From positions 21,826,001 through 21,890,000 of the forward strand of contig CM059433.1 of assembly GCA_030390025.1 (NCBI GenBank): a DNA stretch of 64,000 bases, read 5' to 3'. The notes under the pieces are model-generated. The model saw only the letters and a program-made list of their open reading frames with translations. It was not told the DNA's origin and ran no database searches. Below are positions 23,193 to 38,059 of this stretch, in pieces. The DNA is from Squalus acanthias (taxonomy: Eukaryota). The translations under genes and the position numbers were made by a program. Positions within the stretch are counted from its first letter, which is position 1. The number at the start of each line of letters is the position of its first letter.

Positions 23193-23490
23193 ATGGAATC
23201 ATAGAATGGTTACAGCACAGAAGGAGGCCATTCGGCCCGTCGAGCCTGTGCCGGCTCTCTGCAAGAGCACTTCAGCTAGTCCCACTCCCCCGCCCTTTCC
23301 CCGTAGCCCTGCAATTTTTTTCCCCTCAGGGAATTATCCAATTCCCTTTTGAAAGCCGTGATTGAGTCTGCCTCCAGCACCCTTTCAGGCAGTGCATTCC
23401 AGATCCTAACCACTCGCTGCGTAAAAGAGTTTTTCCTCATGTCGCCTTTGGTTCTTTTGCCAATCACCTTAAATCTGTGTCCTCTGGTTC
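23193..23490 (-). mobile_element. CR1 LINE 3' fragment
   Basis: FTQRVVRIWNALP ORF and (aatcatag)n tail. Confidence 0.88.
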
Positions 23491-24569
23491 ACCCCACCCA
23501 GTTCTCCGATCCACTATTGTCTGTTTTGCGACCCCTGCCGAAGTTGATATTCATGTCCAAAGTGTCACGCTTTTCCTATTGGCTCAAATAAGTGACATAG
23601 CTGCACTGTTTTATCGAAATATAAATCAGCAAAGATCCCAGAGAGCCGTAAAAAAAGTAGCCATATAAAAGTCTGCAATTTCAACCAATTCCATCACTAA
23701 ATTTATTTTTACAAAGTGGTTCCCGTTGCCATTTTTACTTCTGACTCAGCTGAATATATAGCCATATAAGTAACATTTGTAAGATAGCAAACATGTAAAG
23801 AAAATATAATTTCACCTATAATCATCCATTATCATACAGTTGCCAGTAAAATATTCCATCATCCTACCTACCAATTCTTTAGGGAGACCTATCTATGTCT
23901 CTGGGGATTTTCCTCCTTGCCTGATGCTTCACTTCTTTTCCATGGTTTTGTTACCCATGTGCCTTCTTTGCACTTCCCAGCATTTCAATTTTTTTTTTTT
24001 TTTACATCTGCTTTTTATTATTGTTTTTGTTCTTGCCAATAGAAGAAACTTGGTCGCACAATGGAGCTGAACATCAGCATTTGATTTCTGGGACCTGGAT
24101 TTGAATTGAGCTAAAATGATCGGTTGATGGCCCATTCCTTGTGTTTGCTTTCTCGAACATGTGCAGTCTATCTGCACTGATTGTGCAGAGTCTGGATTTG
24201 GGTTCGTACATAAACGTTGGGGGATATGAATTCTGAATAAAATGGAGATACTTTCTGCAAGTTGCAAGTCAGCAAGGTGTTGATCAACTGTGTCGGTCTT
24301 TTTTGCTCTGTAATCATAATGGGCTTCTGTTGCAGGTGCTTGGCCTGATGCTGATTTCTGCAAGATGATTATAGTGATCCACAGGTGAAATAATCTTTCT
24401 GCCGATGGTAATGCTGCCAGTCATGAGTGGGACTGCAATAGGGCGGCAGAGCTAGCAACCCATCACCTGTGTTTCACTGGTGTTTAACTGCCAGTGGTCC
24501 TGAGTGGAGGAAAAGTCAGAAATTCAAGAAGTAAATATTAATGATGAGAACAGTTAAATAAACCACTCT

Positions 24570-24952
24570 TGACACACAAGATTCTGAAGGGGATTGACAG
24601 GGTAGATGCTGAGAGGTTGTTTCCCCTGGCTGGAGTGTCTAGAACTAGGGGGCATAGTCTCAGGAGAAGGGGTCGGCCATTTAAGACTGAGATGAGGAGG
24701 AATTTCTTCACTCAGAGGGTTGTGAATCTTTGGAATTCTCTGCCCCAGAGGGCTGTGCATGCTGAGTCTTTGAGTATATTCAAGGCTGAGATAGATAGAT
24801 TTTTGGACTCTAGGGGAATCAAGGGATATGGAGATCGGGCGGGAAAGTGGAGTTGAGGTTGATGATCAGCCATGATCTTATTGAATGGCGGAGCAGGCTC
24901 GAGGGGCCGTATGGCCTACTCCTGCTCCTATTTCTTAGGTTCTTATGTTCTT
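24570..24952 (+). mobile_element. CR1 LINE 3' fragment
   Basis: ORF 24569-24856 FFTQRVVNLWNSLP followed by an intact tail. Confidence 0.9.
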
Positions 24953-26485
24953 GTGCAACACATGTTCATGGGTAGACCTGTTGTTTGAGCCGCTATCAAG
25001 CCACCATTGGCACTTCTGATTAAAGAAACTATTTGAATCACAGCAGTTTAACATTTAAGAAAATTCTGATGCGCCATCTTTATTTTAAAACGACTGGTTT
25101 TGGGTCACTTTACACGGCATCATCACATGTTCTTCCGCGACCTCGCACAACATCTGTGTTGGTAAGTCCAGCTGGAAATCGAGAAAAGAAAAACAATCTA
25201 AACTGAAAATAATTATCTCAGTTCCACACTGAGAATCCCGTTTAATTGAGAATAAATCACTTGTGTCACAGCCAACACGACTTAATTGCTCCTGGTGTAG
25301 TGCTTATGAGTTATGAGGCTTGCATCATTTGATGCTTTATTTACTGTAACCCACTCAGATCCTGACATGTCTGACATTTGTTCGACTTTTGCTTTGGAAA
25401 TTGGGTTGCAGGATATTTAATAAAGTTCTACGATTCAGCGATTGGGTTTTTGTACCAGAGTAAACAGTTTAAAAAAAAAAGCCAATAGGTTCTGAAAGAT
25501 GTGACGTAGAGTGCATTATGCAGGTGGCTGGAGATTTCAGCTGAGTTTAGCTCAAATACTTGGCATTGTAGCGGAGCGGAAATCTTACAACAACGATTTA
25601 AAATCATTACACACTTTACTGTTTTCAGAAACCATTCCCGCTCTCTCCATGGAGTTGAATGAGAGTTTATTTTTACAGAAGATCCGGGGTTTAAATGCTG
25701 AAACCCACGGCATAAGGATTTAAATGGCTGAATAGCTGCGCAGCTAAAACAAACAAAATCAATTGACAGCCTATTCCCATGTTGTTATTTGCTCTGACAG
25801 TGTTTTTCACCCTGTTCACTTCATTACCAGCTGCCACCTACTAATTAGACTCTGTGTGGTCACCAAGTGGAATATTTTAAATGGACGTACTCGGTTTCAC
25901 TGTTGAAATCAATACAATAGCTGACGAGCATGCATTGCTACACTGAAAATAAGAGAGTTTGGGACAAGGGCCTCCGCCTTCACTGATTCAGTCTGTCTCT
26001 ATCTTTGTTGAAGGAAGCAGTGCCACCAGCTTAGACTATTGTAAGTTAAGTACCATAAAGTGAGTAAATTGCTGCTTTGTTCAGACATAGCTGGGTACTT
26101 TCTCAGTCGAGATTTAAAAAAGATTACACCTGCTAGCAATCTGATAAAAAAAACAGAAAATTCTGGATAAAGCAATTCAGATGAAGGATCATACTCAAAA
26201 TGTTAACCTGTCTTTCTGTTCCAGATTCTGACCAATGTGCTGTGGATTTCCCAGCATTTTTTGGTTTCATGTTTTTCTTTATTATTATTCGTCAAGAAGA
26301 TAGTACTTATCAATGTCGCTATATCATATTCATGTTTGAAATGCACAAATTTAATTTAGAACTCACTGATGAATTTAGTTAAATTGCCAATATGTGGTCG
26401 GAAGAAAATGTGTGATGGATAGACATGTTTGCATGTTCCATACTTTTTCTTATAATAGTAGATTAGGAATGGTCCAAATATTTAG

Positions 26486-26701
<216 letters not shown>

Positions 26702-27954
26702 TAGCATGAATCTCAGCACTGCCATTGTGGAAAAGGGTTCATATTTTTATCAACCATATCTTTCTAGTGTAAGTACTTACTAGATTGGAGTAAGTATGAT
26801 TTCAACACGATTCTTATTGCAGTATTGCACAGATGTGTGATATTGTATTTTGTAATGTGCCACATGAATAATTATACTGAGGATATTCATTAGAATGGCA
26901 CAAAATGAACCTACTTTGTAAGCTTTGGCTGTAAAGATTGCAAACATAATCTGTCTTTCCCTCGTTGTGATTTCTGTTTATATCACAGTTGTAATATTGA
27001 AAATAAATGTAATGTTTAGGAACCTATTTTCCAAGTGTTGTGCTTTGATTAATTCCTCTTTCCCTCTTCCTGCTCCCACACACAGGCACAGAGTGTGCCT
27101 TCAATCCCAGCAGTGGGCTGCTCACAGGATACATAAACCATCGATCAAAAAGTCCTACAGGACCTCAAACACATAGAGCAGAAGAGCTTGTAACATGTGA
27201 CATTTTATTCACTGCTGTTTTTCTCTCTTTGATTGAATCCAGTTGCTTGATCTGACTCTGCAGAGATCCAGTTCCTAACTAAAAATGACAAGAGTTGAGT
27301 CTAAAGGTTAACAGCTATGATTAGTGAACAATGTGTATGCCTTTTGTTTGTCTTATTCTGGTTTCTATTGAATGTGCTAGTCACATAATTGTCAGCTTGC
27401 GCACCTCTAAAAGAAAGAACTTGTCTATTTTAGGTCCTGAAAAGTATCATCATCCGGTATTTTAAAAAGGAACATCGCGTTCTCAGCAATGCCTTTTTAA
27501 CATAATGCACTTTCTGCCACATTTATTATCTTTGAACTATTTAATATAATTCACCAGCCCAGCATCTTGAATGAAGCTTCAAAAGAAGCAGTTTAAAAAA
27601 AAACTCCCCAGGCAAAAAAGCTATTAAGACACGATTTTTTTTCATGATTTAAATTTATTTAAAAAAAAAGGATTTTGAGGCTTTTTTTAAAATCAAGGAA
27701 CTAGGAATAAAAGAGTAATTTTTGTTTTATTGTTTAAGGATAGAATAATTAATCATTTTGTCGCTTTTTATAGTTTTATATCCTTGATTAGTGAGAACAT
27801 TTTTTGAGTGGTCATAAATGCATCAAGGTCACACAAGACCCAGGAATCTTTCCACAACATTGCTATTTGGGTGTATTTGGTTACATCACATATAAGTTCA
27901 ATGTAATGCACATAAGGGACCTCCCCTCTGCAGTTTGATGGCAGGGTTTAGCTC

Positions 27955-28752
27955 ATGATTGTAAGGTTAGACGTAGATGTTTCCACTTGTGGGGAGTCCA
28001 AAATTAGGGGTCAAAAATATAAGATAGCCACTAATAAATCCAATAAGGAATTCGGGAGAAACTTCTTTACCCAGAGAGTGGTTAGAATTTCTTTTTTATT
28101 CGTTCATGGGATGTGGGCATCGCTGGCAAGGCCAGCATTTATTGTCCATCCCTAATTGCCCTTGAGAAGGTGGTGGTGAGCCGCCTTCTTGTACTGCTGC
28201 AGTCCTTGTGGTGAAGGTACTCCCACAGTGCTGTTAGGGAGGGAGTCCCAGGATTTTGACCCAGCGATGATGAAGGAACGGCGATATACTTCCAAGTCTG
28301 GATGGTGTGTGACTTGGAGGGGAACTTGGAGGTGGTGGTGTTCCCATGCGCCTGCTGCCCTTGTCCTTCTAGGTGGAAGAGGTCTCGGGTTTGAGAGGTG
28401 CTGCCGAAGGAGCCTTGGTGAGTTGCTGCAGTGCATCTTGTAGATGGTACACACTGCAGCCACGGTACGCCGGTGGTGGAGGCAGTAAATGTTTAAGGTG
28501 GTGGATGGGGTGCAAATCAAGCGGGCTGCTTTGTCCTGAATGTTGAACTCACCACCACATGGAGTGGTTGAGGCGAATAGAATAGATGCTTTTAAGAGGA
28601 AGCTAGATAGGTACATGAGGGAGAAAGAAATAGAAGGTAGAGTTAGATGAAGTAGGGTGGAAGGTGGCTCGCGTGGAGGATAAACATTGATTATAGACCA
28701 GTTGGGCAGAATGGCCTGTTTCTATGCTGTAAATTCTATGTAATTCTATGTA
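27955..28752 (+). mobile_element. CR1 3' fragment (+) interrupted by a minus-strand LINE fragment (28088-28544)
   Basis: FFTQRVVRI continuing at gaatgttgaactc; the insert matches the 4228-5043 family in reverse. Confidence 0.78.
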
Positions 28753-29824
28753 AAAACCATCATCTCAATTACTTCACAAGATTATTTTTGGATGTAGAAG
28801 GCCCTCTGTTCTATTTAATCTCATCTTTCCAGATTACCAGCCCTCCTGTGTTTCTGCTACAGCATCTAGCTGTATCTTAAACGAGTCCAGTGTCCTGGCC
28901 TCAACCACCCTACCTGGCATCCCACTCCAGGTGTTGATTACCCTCTCTGTAAAGAAAGTAAGTGGATTCCTGCCTTGAAGTCTAGACATTGCTACTTCCA
29001 ACAGATAGTATCTCAATTTTCCCACCTTTGGTCAGGCATGCTGGCAGCCACTGGCGGTGGAGATGTCAGTATTCAGTGCATGCCATGTTGTTAGAAGGTG
29101 ATGAGATTCACACAGGAGGATTCATTACTGCGATGTGATTGCTGCTGTTTTATCAAGCAGTAACCCACTCTTGATTAATAGGAAATTCTAGGTTCAATAC
29201 TTCAGTTCAACATTATTTTACCCTTTTAAGTCCAGTATATGTTACATATTTTTTGCTGCTGTGTAAAATAATAATGACATTCCAGATGTTCTGAATTGCA
29301 CTGCTAAATTTCAGAGCACGGGGGTGGTCCCTGCTGCTGTGTTAAAATGCATTATTATTAAACAATTTTACCTCATCTGTGCCTAGCTATAAAGTTTTAT
29401 GCAGCTTTGGTGCACGTATGACCTCTCAGTAATATTCTAAATAAAATGACTTCAACCAAAGCAGGCAGGGGAAATGATTTAAATATTTACAGAGCTCACG
29501 ATAGAAAGAATGCTCGGAAGGCTCAAAGGTGAAACAATGCTACCTAACCGCCACTAAAATTTTAATTCCACGTGCAGATGTCCTTATTTACATTTTCATG
29601 GGCCCAAATTTGTGAACGTGGATGGGGAAATCTATTTTAAAGAGTTTGTTTTTTCCTTCTCTCCCGTCCTGAGTAGTCACAGGTGGACAATCGGAGGAAT
29701 ATGTCCACTGTTACCGAATATCATAATGCATGCAAGAACTAGAAAGCTACCAGAAGGTTGACCCGTGCATTTCCTCTCACACTCACACTTAGTATAGGGA
29801 ATTCTACATTCATTTATTTCTGTA

Positions 29825-30780
29825 CTTCAGACAGTCTGATACCTTTTGTTGTTGTTATGAACGTACAAACTTGATGGGCAGAGAAAGAGCAACTGGTTCA
29901 TTAAGCCTGCCTCATACCATGATGGATGGACCATCATGGCTAAATGCTTCTTCCCACCCACACACCCCCTCTCCCACCCCAAACCCCCGAAGCAATGTAA
30001 ACTCCTGGGAGAGGCAGAAAAAAAAGAGAAAAAACCCAGGGCCAATGAGGGAAAAAAACTCTGGAAAATTCCTCTCTGATTCCCTCAGGCGGTCAAAAAT
30101 AGCCCAGGAGGTCACATGGAGCAAATGTTATCGATAAAGACCTTCTATATGATGAGATCTGTGCCCCAGTCAGGAACTGGCCCAACTCCCTCTTGAAGGC
30201 AGAGAGTCAGCACCCATTACACCAGCAGGCAATGTATTCCAGAGGCTCACTACTCTCTGGGAAAAGAAGAACCGCCTACCATCCAGTTTATTCCTACTCT
30301 TGCATAGATTAAACCCTTGTCCCCTGATCTTCCCCAATCTGTTAAACTGAAATAAACTATCAATAGGGACGCCACGGCAGCCCTTCAATTATTTTATAGA
30401 CCTCTATCAGGTCACCTCTAAGTCTATGCTGGTCTAAAGTAAATAGAGCAAGGTCCTTAAGCCTATCTAAGTAGCTGAGGTTCTTTGAGCTAGGAATCAT
30501 TCTCGCAGCTCTGATCTGGTCTGGTCTGGTCCTTGTCCAAGGCCACTATATCATCCACCATGTGGGGGGGGGATCAAAACTGGGTACAGTATTCCAGATG
30601 TGGTCTAACCAGCGACCTGTATAATGAGAGAATGGTGTCCTTTAATTTATACTGAATAGTTCTATTAATACAACCCAATACCCTGTCAGCTTTACCTACA
30701 TCTTCTCTAGATTAGTCATGAACCTTCAGTGAACTGTGCACAATAACACCTCGATCTTTTTCTCAACCTATTTCAGTATT
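29825..30780 (-). mobile_element. Degenerate CR1-like LINE fragment
   Basis: FFSQRVVSLWNTLP ORF; ttagaccacatctggaatactgt (RPHLEYC) on the minus strand. Confidence 0.75.
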
Positions 30781-31106
30781 GTTCCCAGCCGTGTATTCAG
30801 TATTAGCTCTACCATCATGCATGAAACTACAGTGCGGCACGGGCTGAGTTCAGCAGACTCAGGCTAGGTACTGACCCTGGGATGTTCTGATCTTAATGGC
30901 TCATCGGTCAGTGCATTTATCTAGTAATCCTTTGGAGTCAAGCAATGTAATCATGTTTATCATTTCTCCCTTTGGCATGGCAGTAATAAGGATCAAAATC
31001 AAAATATTAAAGGGACTAGTTTGCTCGAGAATGTCTTGGCTTTTGTGCAGCTCTTTCAGTTTTTCAACTGCAAATGGTATATGGTCTGAATGTGGTTTTG
31101 TTCTAG

Positions 31107-31202
<96 letters not shown>

Positions 31203-31729
31203 TGATGAATTCTCTATCTTTGTGACAGAAAAAAGTATTATGGTGCAATACTAGTCATTTAATGGGGGATGTTTTTATGGTCTGATCTTCATAGCCTAGA
31301 GGTCCTGAAGCCCATTGTAGTGCTCCTACTGCCACACCAGCTAGCAATCAGGTAACACAACATGGACTGGTAACTGAACCTGGTACCTACCTGGTATAGC
31401 TCAGCTTCTTGTTTCTTTTACTAACTGAACCAGTTTTAAACTTTATCTGTTTTGTAAGCAATCACATATGAAGTGTATCCATTCTGAACCTTGGTTCTAG
31501 TTTGAACTTTAGAAAACATAAATTTAAGTATTTGAACAAAATTTGCCAGGGAAGGTGTTGATTGGTGGTCACATACGTCCCTCACGGGGAAAACTGGCAG
31601 GAGACTCATTCCTGGGCTGTTCTCCGAGTTGGTTTTGTAGAAACATGGCAAAAGTCTGAGAGCAGGTTATCTGCTCAACCACCTCAACTGAGAAGGGAGA
31701 ATAAAAGCTTAAGAAGAGGGAGTTAAATT

Positions 31730-32444
31730 GGGGGTAATTTTAACACCCAAGAACAGGTGTACTGGGGTCAGAGGGGGGGGGAGGTGGGGGTGGGGGGGAA
31801 ATAAAATTTTTAATCATTTCAAACCCGACCCGACCTGCCTCCCACTTCCAGTTTTAACGGAGGCGGGTCAGGGGGGTGGGCAACCAATCCACTCTCAGGA
31901 GTTAGGTCGGTCACTGACGTTGTTTAAGGAAGCTACGTGCCCCCATTTTAACAGGTTTTTTTTAACTAATATCGGACGGTTTCCCAGAACTGGGGAATCC
32001 TGGCAGGTAAAAGGATGCGAGAAGAGCCAGATCCGTGAGGTAAGTGCATTTACAGCACTGCCTGTGGGCCAGGAGGAGCAGGAGTGTTTACTCTAGGCCC
32101 AACAAGCTTATCTCTGTAACCGCCCCCCACCCCACCCCCCCCAAGATCTACGACCCCAACCCGCGATCTCCAACCCCACCACGCGATCTCCGACCCCATC
32201 CCCTGCGATGTCTGACCCCTATCTCCCCGCGATCTCCGACCCCACCCCCTGCTATCTCCGACCCCCCTACCTCGATCTCCGAATCCCCCCCACTTACGGG
32301 GCATCTGCTCCTCGGCTGTTTTCCCGCCCGACAGGCATCCAGCCTATCAATCAATCAGGCTCTTGGGCAGGAAACCTACTGAAAACATTTTAAAGACGTC
32401 CTGCCGTTAAACCCTGCATGACGTCTAGGAAAAATATCAGGGCC
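31730..32444. mobile_element. Non-autonomous Harbinger-like element related to 21731-22763, opposite orientation
   Basis: gggggtaattttaac / aaaaatatcagggcc ends; tandem cgatctccgacccc units at about 32145-32290. Confidence 0.7.
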
Positions 32445-32454
32445 AAGCTGTCAT

Positions 32455-32875
32455 AAAAGAAAGAAAAAACTTGCATTTATGCAGCACCTTTTATGATCTC
32501 AGGATGTACCAAAGCATTTCACAGCCAATGAAGTACTTTTAAATTGTAGTCACTGTTATAATATAGGGAAGCATGGCAGCCAATTTGCACACGGCAAGGT
32601 CCCACAAACAACAGTGAAATAAATGACCAGATGAACTGTTTTAGTGATGTTAGTTGAGGGATAAATATTCGCCAGAACACCAGGAGAATGCCCTGCTCTT
32701 CTTCGAATAATTCCGTGGGAGCTTTTACGTTCACCTGTGAGGGCAGGTGGGGCCTCGGTTTAACATATCCAAAAAATGGCACCTCCGACAGTGCAGCGCT
32801 CCCCCAGTAATGCACTGAAGTGTCAGTCTAAGTTCTGGACTGAAGCCTGAGCACTGCCACTGAGCCAGAGCTAAC
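32455..32875 (-). mobile_element. DeuSINE-like (SacSINE1-type) element with L2-type tail
   Basis: Reverse complement contains gcgctgcactgtcggaggtgcc...gttaaaccgaggcccc...gtaaaagctcccacgg...gaagaagagcaggg; tail tataaatgcaagt-like. Confidence 0.75.
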
Positions 32876-33362
32876 ACAGAAAACAGAAATTAACTGGGAA
32901 CCAACTGAATATTGGTAGACTTTAAGGTTAATATAAGCTTTTCAATCTTGGTGGTCCTGAACCTTGGCCCCTTCAGCTGGATTTTTCAATATTGCTCCAA
33001 AAAAAGTGTCCATTGTCTTTTGGGGGAAAAAATGGACAGTGTAAGCAGATGAGATTTTAGTAACTGGACAGGTATAATGTTGCACTGTTATACACATCTG
33101 TCAAGATGGAGTCCACTGAATTTTGAATCAGCTATTGAACCTTTGAACCGAAACTGACCCCTGCAGCACTGGCCACTTTAATTGGGTTGCTTCTATGAGC
33201 GATATCACCTGAGGATGTGCCCTACTGACAGAGATACTAGAGTCTTACCTGAGGTCATGTCTGTGTGAGTTAATTGCCAAGTTTCCATGAAAACAAGTGT
33301 ACGTTAATATAGAATTTAAAACAGATTCATGGTCAGTAGATTCACATGGTGGAACAATAATT

Positions 33363-33710
33363 AATCATAGAATCATAGAAAGTTACAGCACGGAAGGAGG
33401 CCATTTCGGCCCATCGTGTCTGCGCCGGCCAACAAAGAGCTATCCAGCCTAATCCCACTTCCCAGCTCTTGGTCCATAACCCTGCAGGTTAGAGCATCCC
33501 AAGTGCACATCCAAGTACTTATTAAATGTGGTTAGGGTTCCTGCCTCTACCACCCTTTCAGGCAGTGAGTTCCAGACCCCCACAGCCCTCTGGGTGAAGA
33601 AATTTCCCTCAAATCCCCTCTCAACCTTCCCCCCAATTACTTCAAATCTGTGCCCCCTGGTTTTTGACCCCTCTGCTAAGGGAAATAGGTCCTTTCTATC
33701 CACTTTATCT
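33363..33710 (-). mobile_element. CR1 LINE 3' fragment
   Basis: FFTQRAVGVWNSLP ORF; aatcatagaatcatag tail. Confidence 0.88.
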
Positions 33711-34434
33711 ACTTTAACTGCAGGAAGAAAGTGCGATAAGCTAACGGAACAGAGAATTGTGCTGATCTCGTTATCGCAACTTTAGAAAGATATAAATATG
33801 TTTGTTCGTTAGTTAGGAATTCACCTCATTAAATGAACTACAGGTAGAAACATGTTTGCTCATTACTGTAGTTGGAATTTCAGCTTATTAACTGAGTTAG
33901 TCATAAGGTCTTGGTTTGCTTCTTAGTTTCTCTTTGTATGGAATTCTCTTTGACTCTGTTGGTATACTTATGTAATGGGCATGACATGCCAGTGGTCACA
34001 TACACCTGGACGTTTCGAGTTTAAAAAGGGGAACTTCAAGAAGCTCCTTGAGTCCACCCCTGGGAGCATGCAGGACAGAATTGATCCAGGCGAGTGATGC
34101 CTCCCAGATCGGTAAGGTATGATCTGTTTATGTCCATCGAATAAAGCTTACAGGAAGACCTTTGGTGGTGGAGCGTCTCATTGTAGGGTCTTGGGACATT
34201 AAAGGCACTATATAAATGCAAGTTGTTGTTGAGCCTAAATTACAAATTGAACTTTAAGAAGGTTATAACCCTCAAATTTTAAAATCTAATCTTATTTACA
34301 GTTTTGAACTTTTTGACTGGAAAACCTGTGCTGAATGCAGTTCTGATAATTAATGGGAGGAATTCTCCACGAGGGCAGCACATTCGGCCAAAGAAAAGCT
34401 GCATGGAATAAATGAAGTTTTCTTTTATTATTAA

Positions 34435-34608
<174 letters not shown>

Positions 34609-34842
34609 TAAGTGAATATCAGTTGCATCTCTGAAAGTTACTTGGGAATTAGGACGTTATGTTAAGGCACTGTCCTTCTTTGGTCTATGAGTAATAACAG
34701 AGCTCCTCAGTATGTTTCAAATGCTTCATTTGTCATTTATAAGCATCCTTATTTCACTCAATTAAAAATTATGCACTGAGTCATCAGCGCACTCTGCTGG
34801 CATATCTGGAAGAAACAGTGATATCTCCGTAACAAAAACTAT

Positions 34843-35569
34843 GGCCTCGATTTTTACAGGGGGACGGGAAGGGTGCGCGGGAGCCCAGAGCGGGTGATGA
34901 ACCCAGCAAGGTCGGAGATGTGGAGACCCTGCTGAACTTAACGCCAAGGCCTCATTTGAATAAATCTCTGCAAACTCCCACCCGACACCTGGCCAGATTG
35001 ACTACCGGGGCCAGCGGGCGGGGATGGGCATCTGGTGGCAGAAGGCTGGGGATCTGTGGAAGCTCTGGACACAATCGGGGAGAGGGGAGGTGAGAGTGGA
35101 AGCTCTGGCCATGATTCGGGGGGAAGGTGAGGGGGGAAACTCTGGCCACGATTCGGGGGAAGGGGGGGTGAGGGTGGAAACTCTGGCCACGATTCGGGGT
35201 GGGGGGGGGAGGGTGAAAAGGACCACTCCTGGCCCACAAGGAAATCTAAATTAAAACTTTTAAACTTATCTTCTGGGCCTCCTCTGGCTCAGGATCCTGC
35301 CCCTGACACGTTTGCCTGATGAAGAAGCCCTCACTGACCCCCAATTAAAATTGCACAGCGGGTTCTGATGACATCATGGGACCCGATCAGCATATTTAAA
35401 TTAGGACACCACTTCCTTCCTGCGGGTGTCCCGCGCACCTGCTCAAAAGAGCAGATTAAGATTGGGACTCGGTGGGAAGGCAGCGGGATCAGACGGGGAA
35501 AGTTACTCGCCTTATTTTAACTGTCCCCAGCCCGGTTTCCACCAGGTGGGAGCAGTTAAAATTGGGCCC
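34843..35569. mobile_element. Non-autonomous Harbinger-like element with internal ~35-40 bp tandem repeat
   Basis: TIRs ggcctcgattttt / aaaattgggccc; TSD TAT; units of aa(a/g)ctctggccacgattcgggg at about 35060-35215. Confidence 0.8.
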
Positions 35570-38059
35570 TATGTACCAGTGCTTTAATAGATTCTGGAAT
35601 TCATTTGAAAATGGCACTATTTACAAATACAGGCCCCCGCAATTACATCATGCGATACTAATGTACAAACTTTTAACACATCCGATCAAAATTGCTCTCA
35701 CTGCTATTTTAGAGAGGTGTTAGCTCATTTATTTTAAACAGATTAATGCCTGCACTAAAATGGCTGGAGGAGGAATTTCAGATGAACGTTAAGTATTCAT
35801 GTATTGGTATGTCACGGTATAATTTCGGGGAGACATTTAAATTGATATCCCATTGTGTCTTAAACACTAAGAAGCCAATTCATAAGGAACAGGGACATCA
35901 ACAATGTGTTTGAAATGCCTAATTTTGTTACAGACTTTAAGGGCAATCTTTACCTTGCAAATCTCACGATTTATCAGGGAGGACTCTGATCTGTGTTGCC
36001 TTCCTCCCTAGAGGAATGCAGTTTGCTCACAACACCGGGAGTCAGTATTTGGCACAGATTGTCTTGGCTCCTGTAAGGAATAGAAATGTGTTCAGTTTTC
36101 CAAGTGTCTGATAAATGCCAAGCCTCAAGGTAAAAGCGTTGTCATGCATTTGTTGCTTTTTTGGGGAACTTGCTTCAGTTTACGTCCCCATATGCCGTTT
36201 CATTTTTATATCCATACATCACAGGCCTGACGCAAAATGATTGTAATTTTTTTATGAGTTGGTGATTGAGACACCAGAGTTATGATTTTAACCAGGGGTG
36301 AGTGTGGGGCCGGCCCAGCCCACCAACGTGAGGCCTGAGCCATGTAGACTCCTGGGCCTCATTTAAATAAATAAGGCCTACTCCCACCCAAATCCAGCGT
36401 CAGTGACATGGTACCAACAGGCAGGAGGCCACTGCTGGGGACTCATGGGAACGGTCCCCAGCAAAAGTGAGTCAAGAGCAGAGGATTTTAGAGGTGATCA
36501 TGGGGGAAAGGGAATCTCGTGGTGGGGGCTAGGTATTCTTGTGGGCCGGGAGGAGCACTTTGTCCAGTATGACCAAATCGAACTTGGTCCAATATTGCCA
36601 GGAGCCAGCAACTTGGGCAAGAGGTGGATTTTGGGTACATGCAACCACAGTGACATATTTCCTTAAGAAAAAATGAAATAATTGCGACGGGGGACACGAT
36701 GATTCATGTTCTTGTGTGATGGAAGTGAGAGTTGAATATTGGGGACAGATAGTTGTTCTGCAGTCTTGGTGATGCAGGGGTTCCTAATTGTCTTTAGCAC
36801 ATGGATGTAAAGTATCACACCCATAATGGAGCCTGGCCAATTTTCCTTCAATTTAAATTAATGGATGACAAATCGAATGGGCTCCATTGCAGTTGTACAG
36901 TCTTACCCATCTTATTTTCCAGTACGCGCTCCTCCCCAGCAATTAGTTACACCCAAGTGCCACAGAAGAAAATCTGCCCCAATGTAGCCATCCCGTGAAT
37001 TAATGGAAGGACAGTCAGGTGGGCTCCATTACTGGCGTGTAATCCTGTCCACTTGGTCTTCCTCTCTGTGGCGCACCCATGCTCTAAAGGTGAAAATCTA
37101 TCCCATTGTGCTGAGGATCTTCAAGGGAGTAAATGGTTAGCATGATGTCCCTGGTAAGGTAAGTTGCACAACTGTGTGGTAGGAGCAGACTTAATGGCCT
37201 GAACGGTCTTTATTTATTGCTTGCTCTCATGTTTTTAATATGAAGCAATAACAATTCCTGCAGGATGTAAGCATGTTAAGTAGTCATCATACTTGTATGT
37301 TCTGAAGTGTAGCAGTCTGATTAATAATTTCCAGCCTTAAGTTTCGGCATGATTGTTGCACTTTTCAGCCTCTGGATAAAGTCATGTTTGTTATTAGTAC
37401 CAAACGTAATTTGGGGAAGAAACTTTGCTCTAAGTACCTACCATGAGAACGTTTCAAAGCTCTATAACCATAGGAAAATAATTATTATTCTGTGTTGTGT
37501 GTTAGAAACTGGTACAGGAGCGATATGGGGAATTCTACGATGAGTAAGTTCCAAAAATATTTTGGGATCAGTTTTCACCTTCAGCGTTTGCCGGGTGGAG
37601 TGATTGGAACAACCATCTGATGTGGCCAGCGAGAGGCCTGAACCATCTTGTGAGACAAACCTAATTTGCATTCTACTGACCAGCTGCCCAGGCATTCCTA
37701 GCACTAATAGGAGCACTGTCATAGGAGTACTAGACCACAAAGAAATCATTTAACAAAGACACTATGGGCTAAAAGCAGGGTGATAATTTTGCTTTATGGC
37801 ATTTGTGTTAGCCATTAAAATGTAATACCGTTTGTGATTATTAATTTATCTGCAATGTTGGTTGTCATGTAGATCAATGTGGGTCTTTGGTTGGAAGTAC
37901 TTTATTGGAGATAAACTGCGAGAGATGGTGGGGTGGGTGTGGGCATGACTAGTTCAGGTGAAGCACTGGTGGTGAATTAACTGTTGATGAAGAGCTCTAG
38001 CTGCAGGCTGCTGCGGGTGCCCTCCCTCACTGACAGTGGAGTCTTCCTTATAAGGTGGC

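Noticed and set aside
35060..35215. Repeat-spacer-like array resembling CRISPR
   Set aside because: Vertebrate context, only 3-4 units, and the spacers are similar G-runs; it is a minisatellite within a TIR element.
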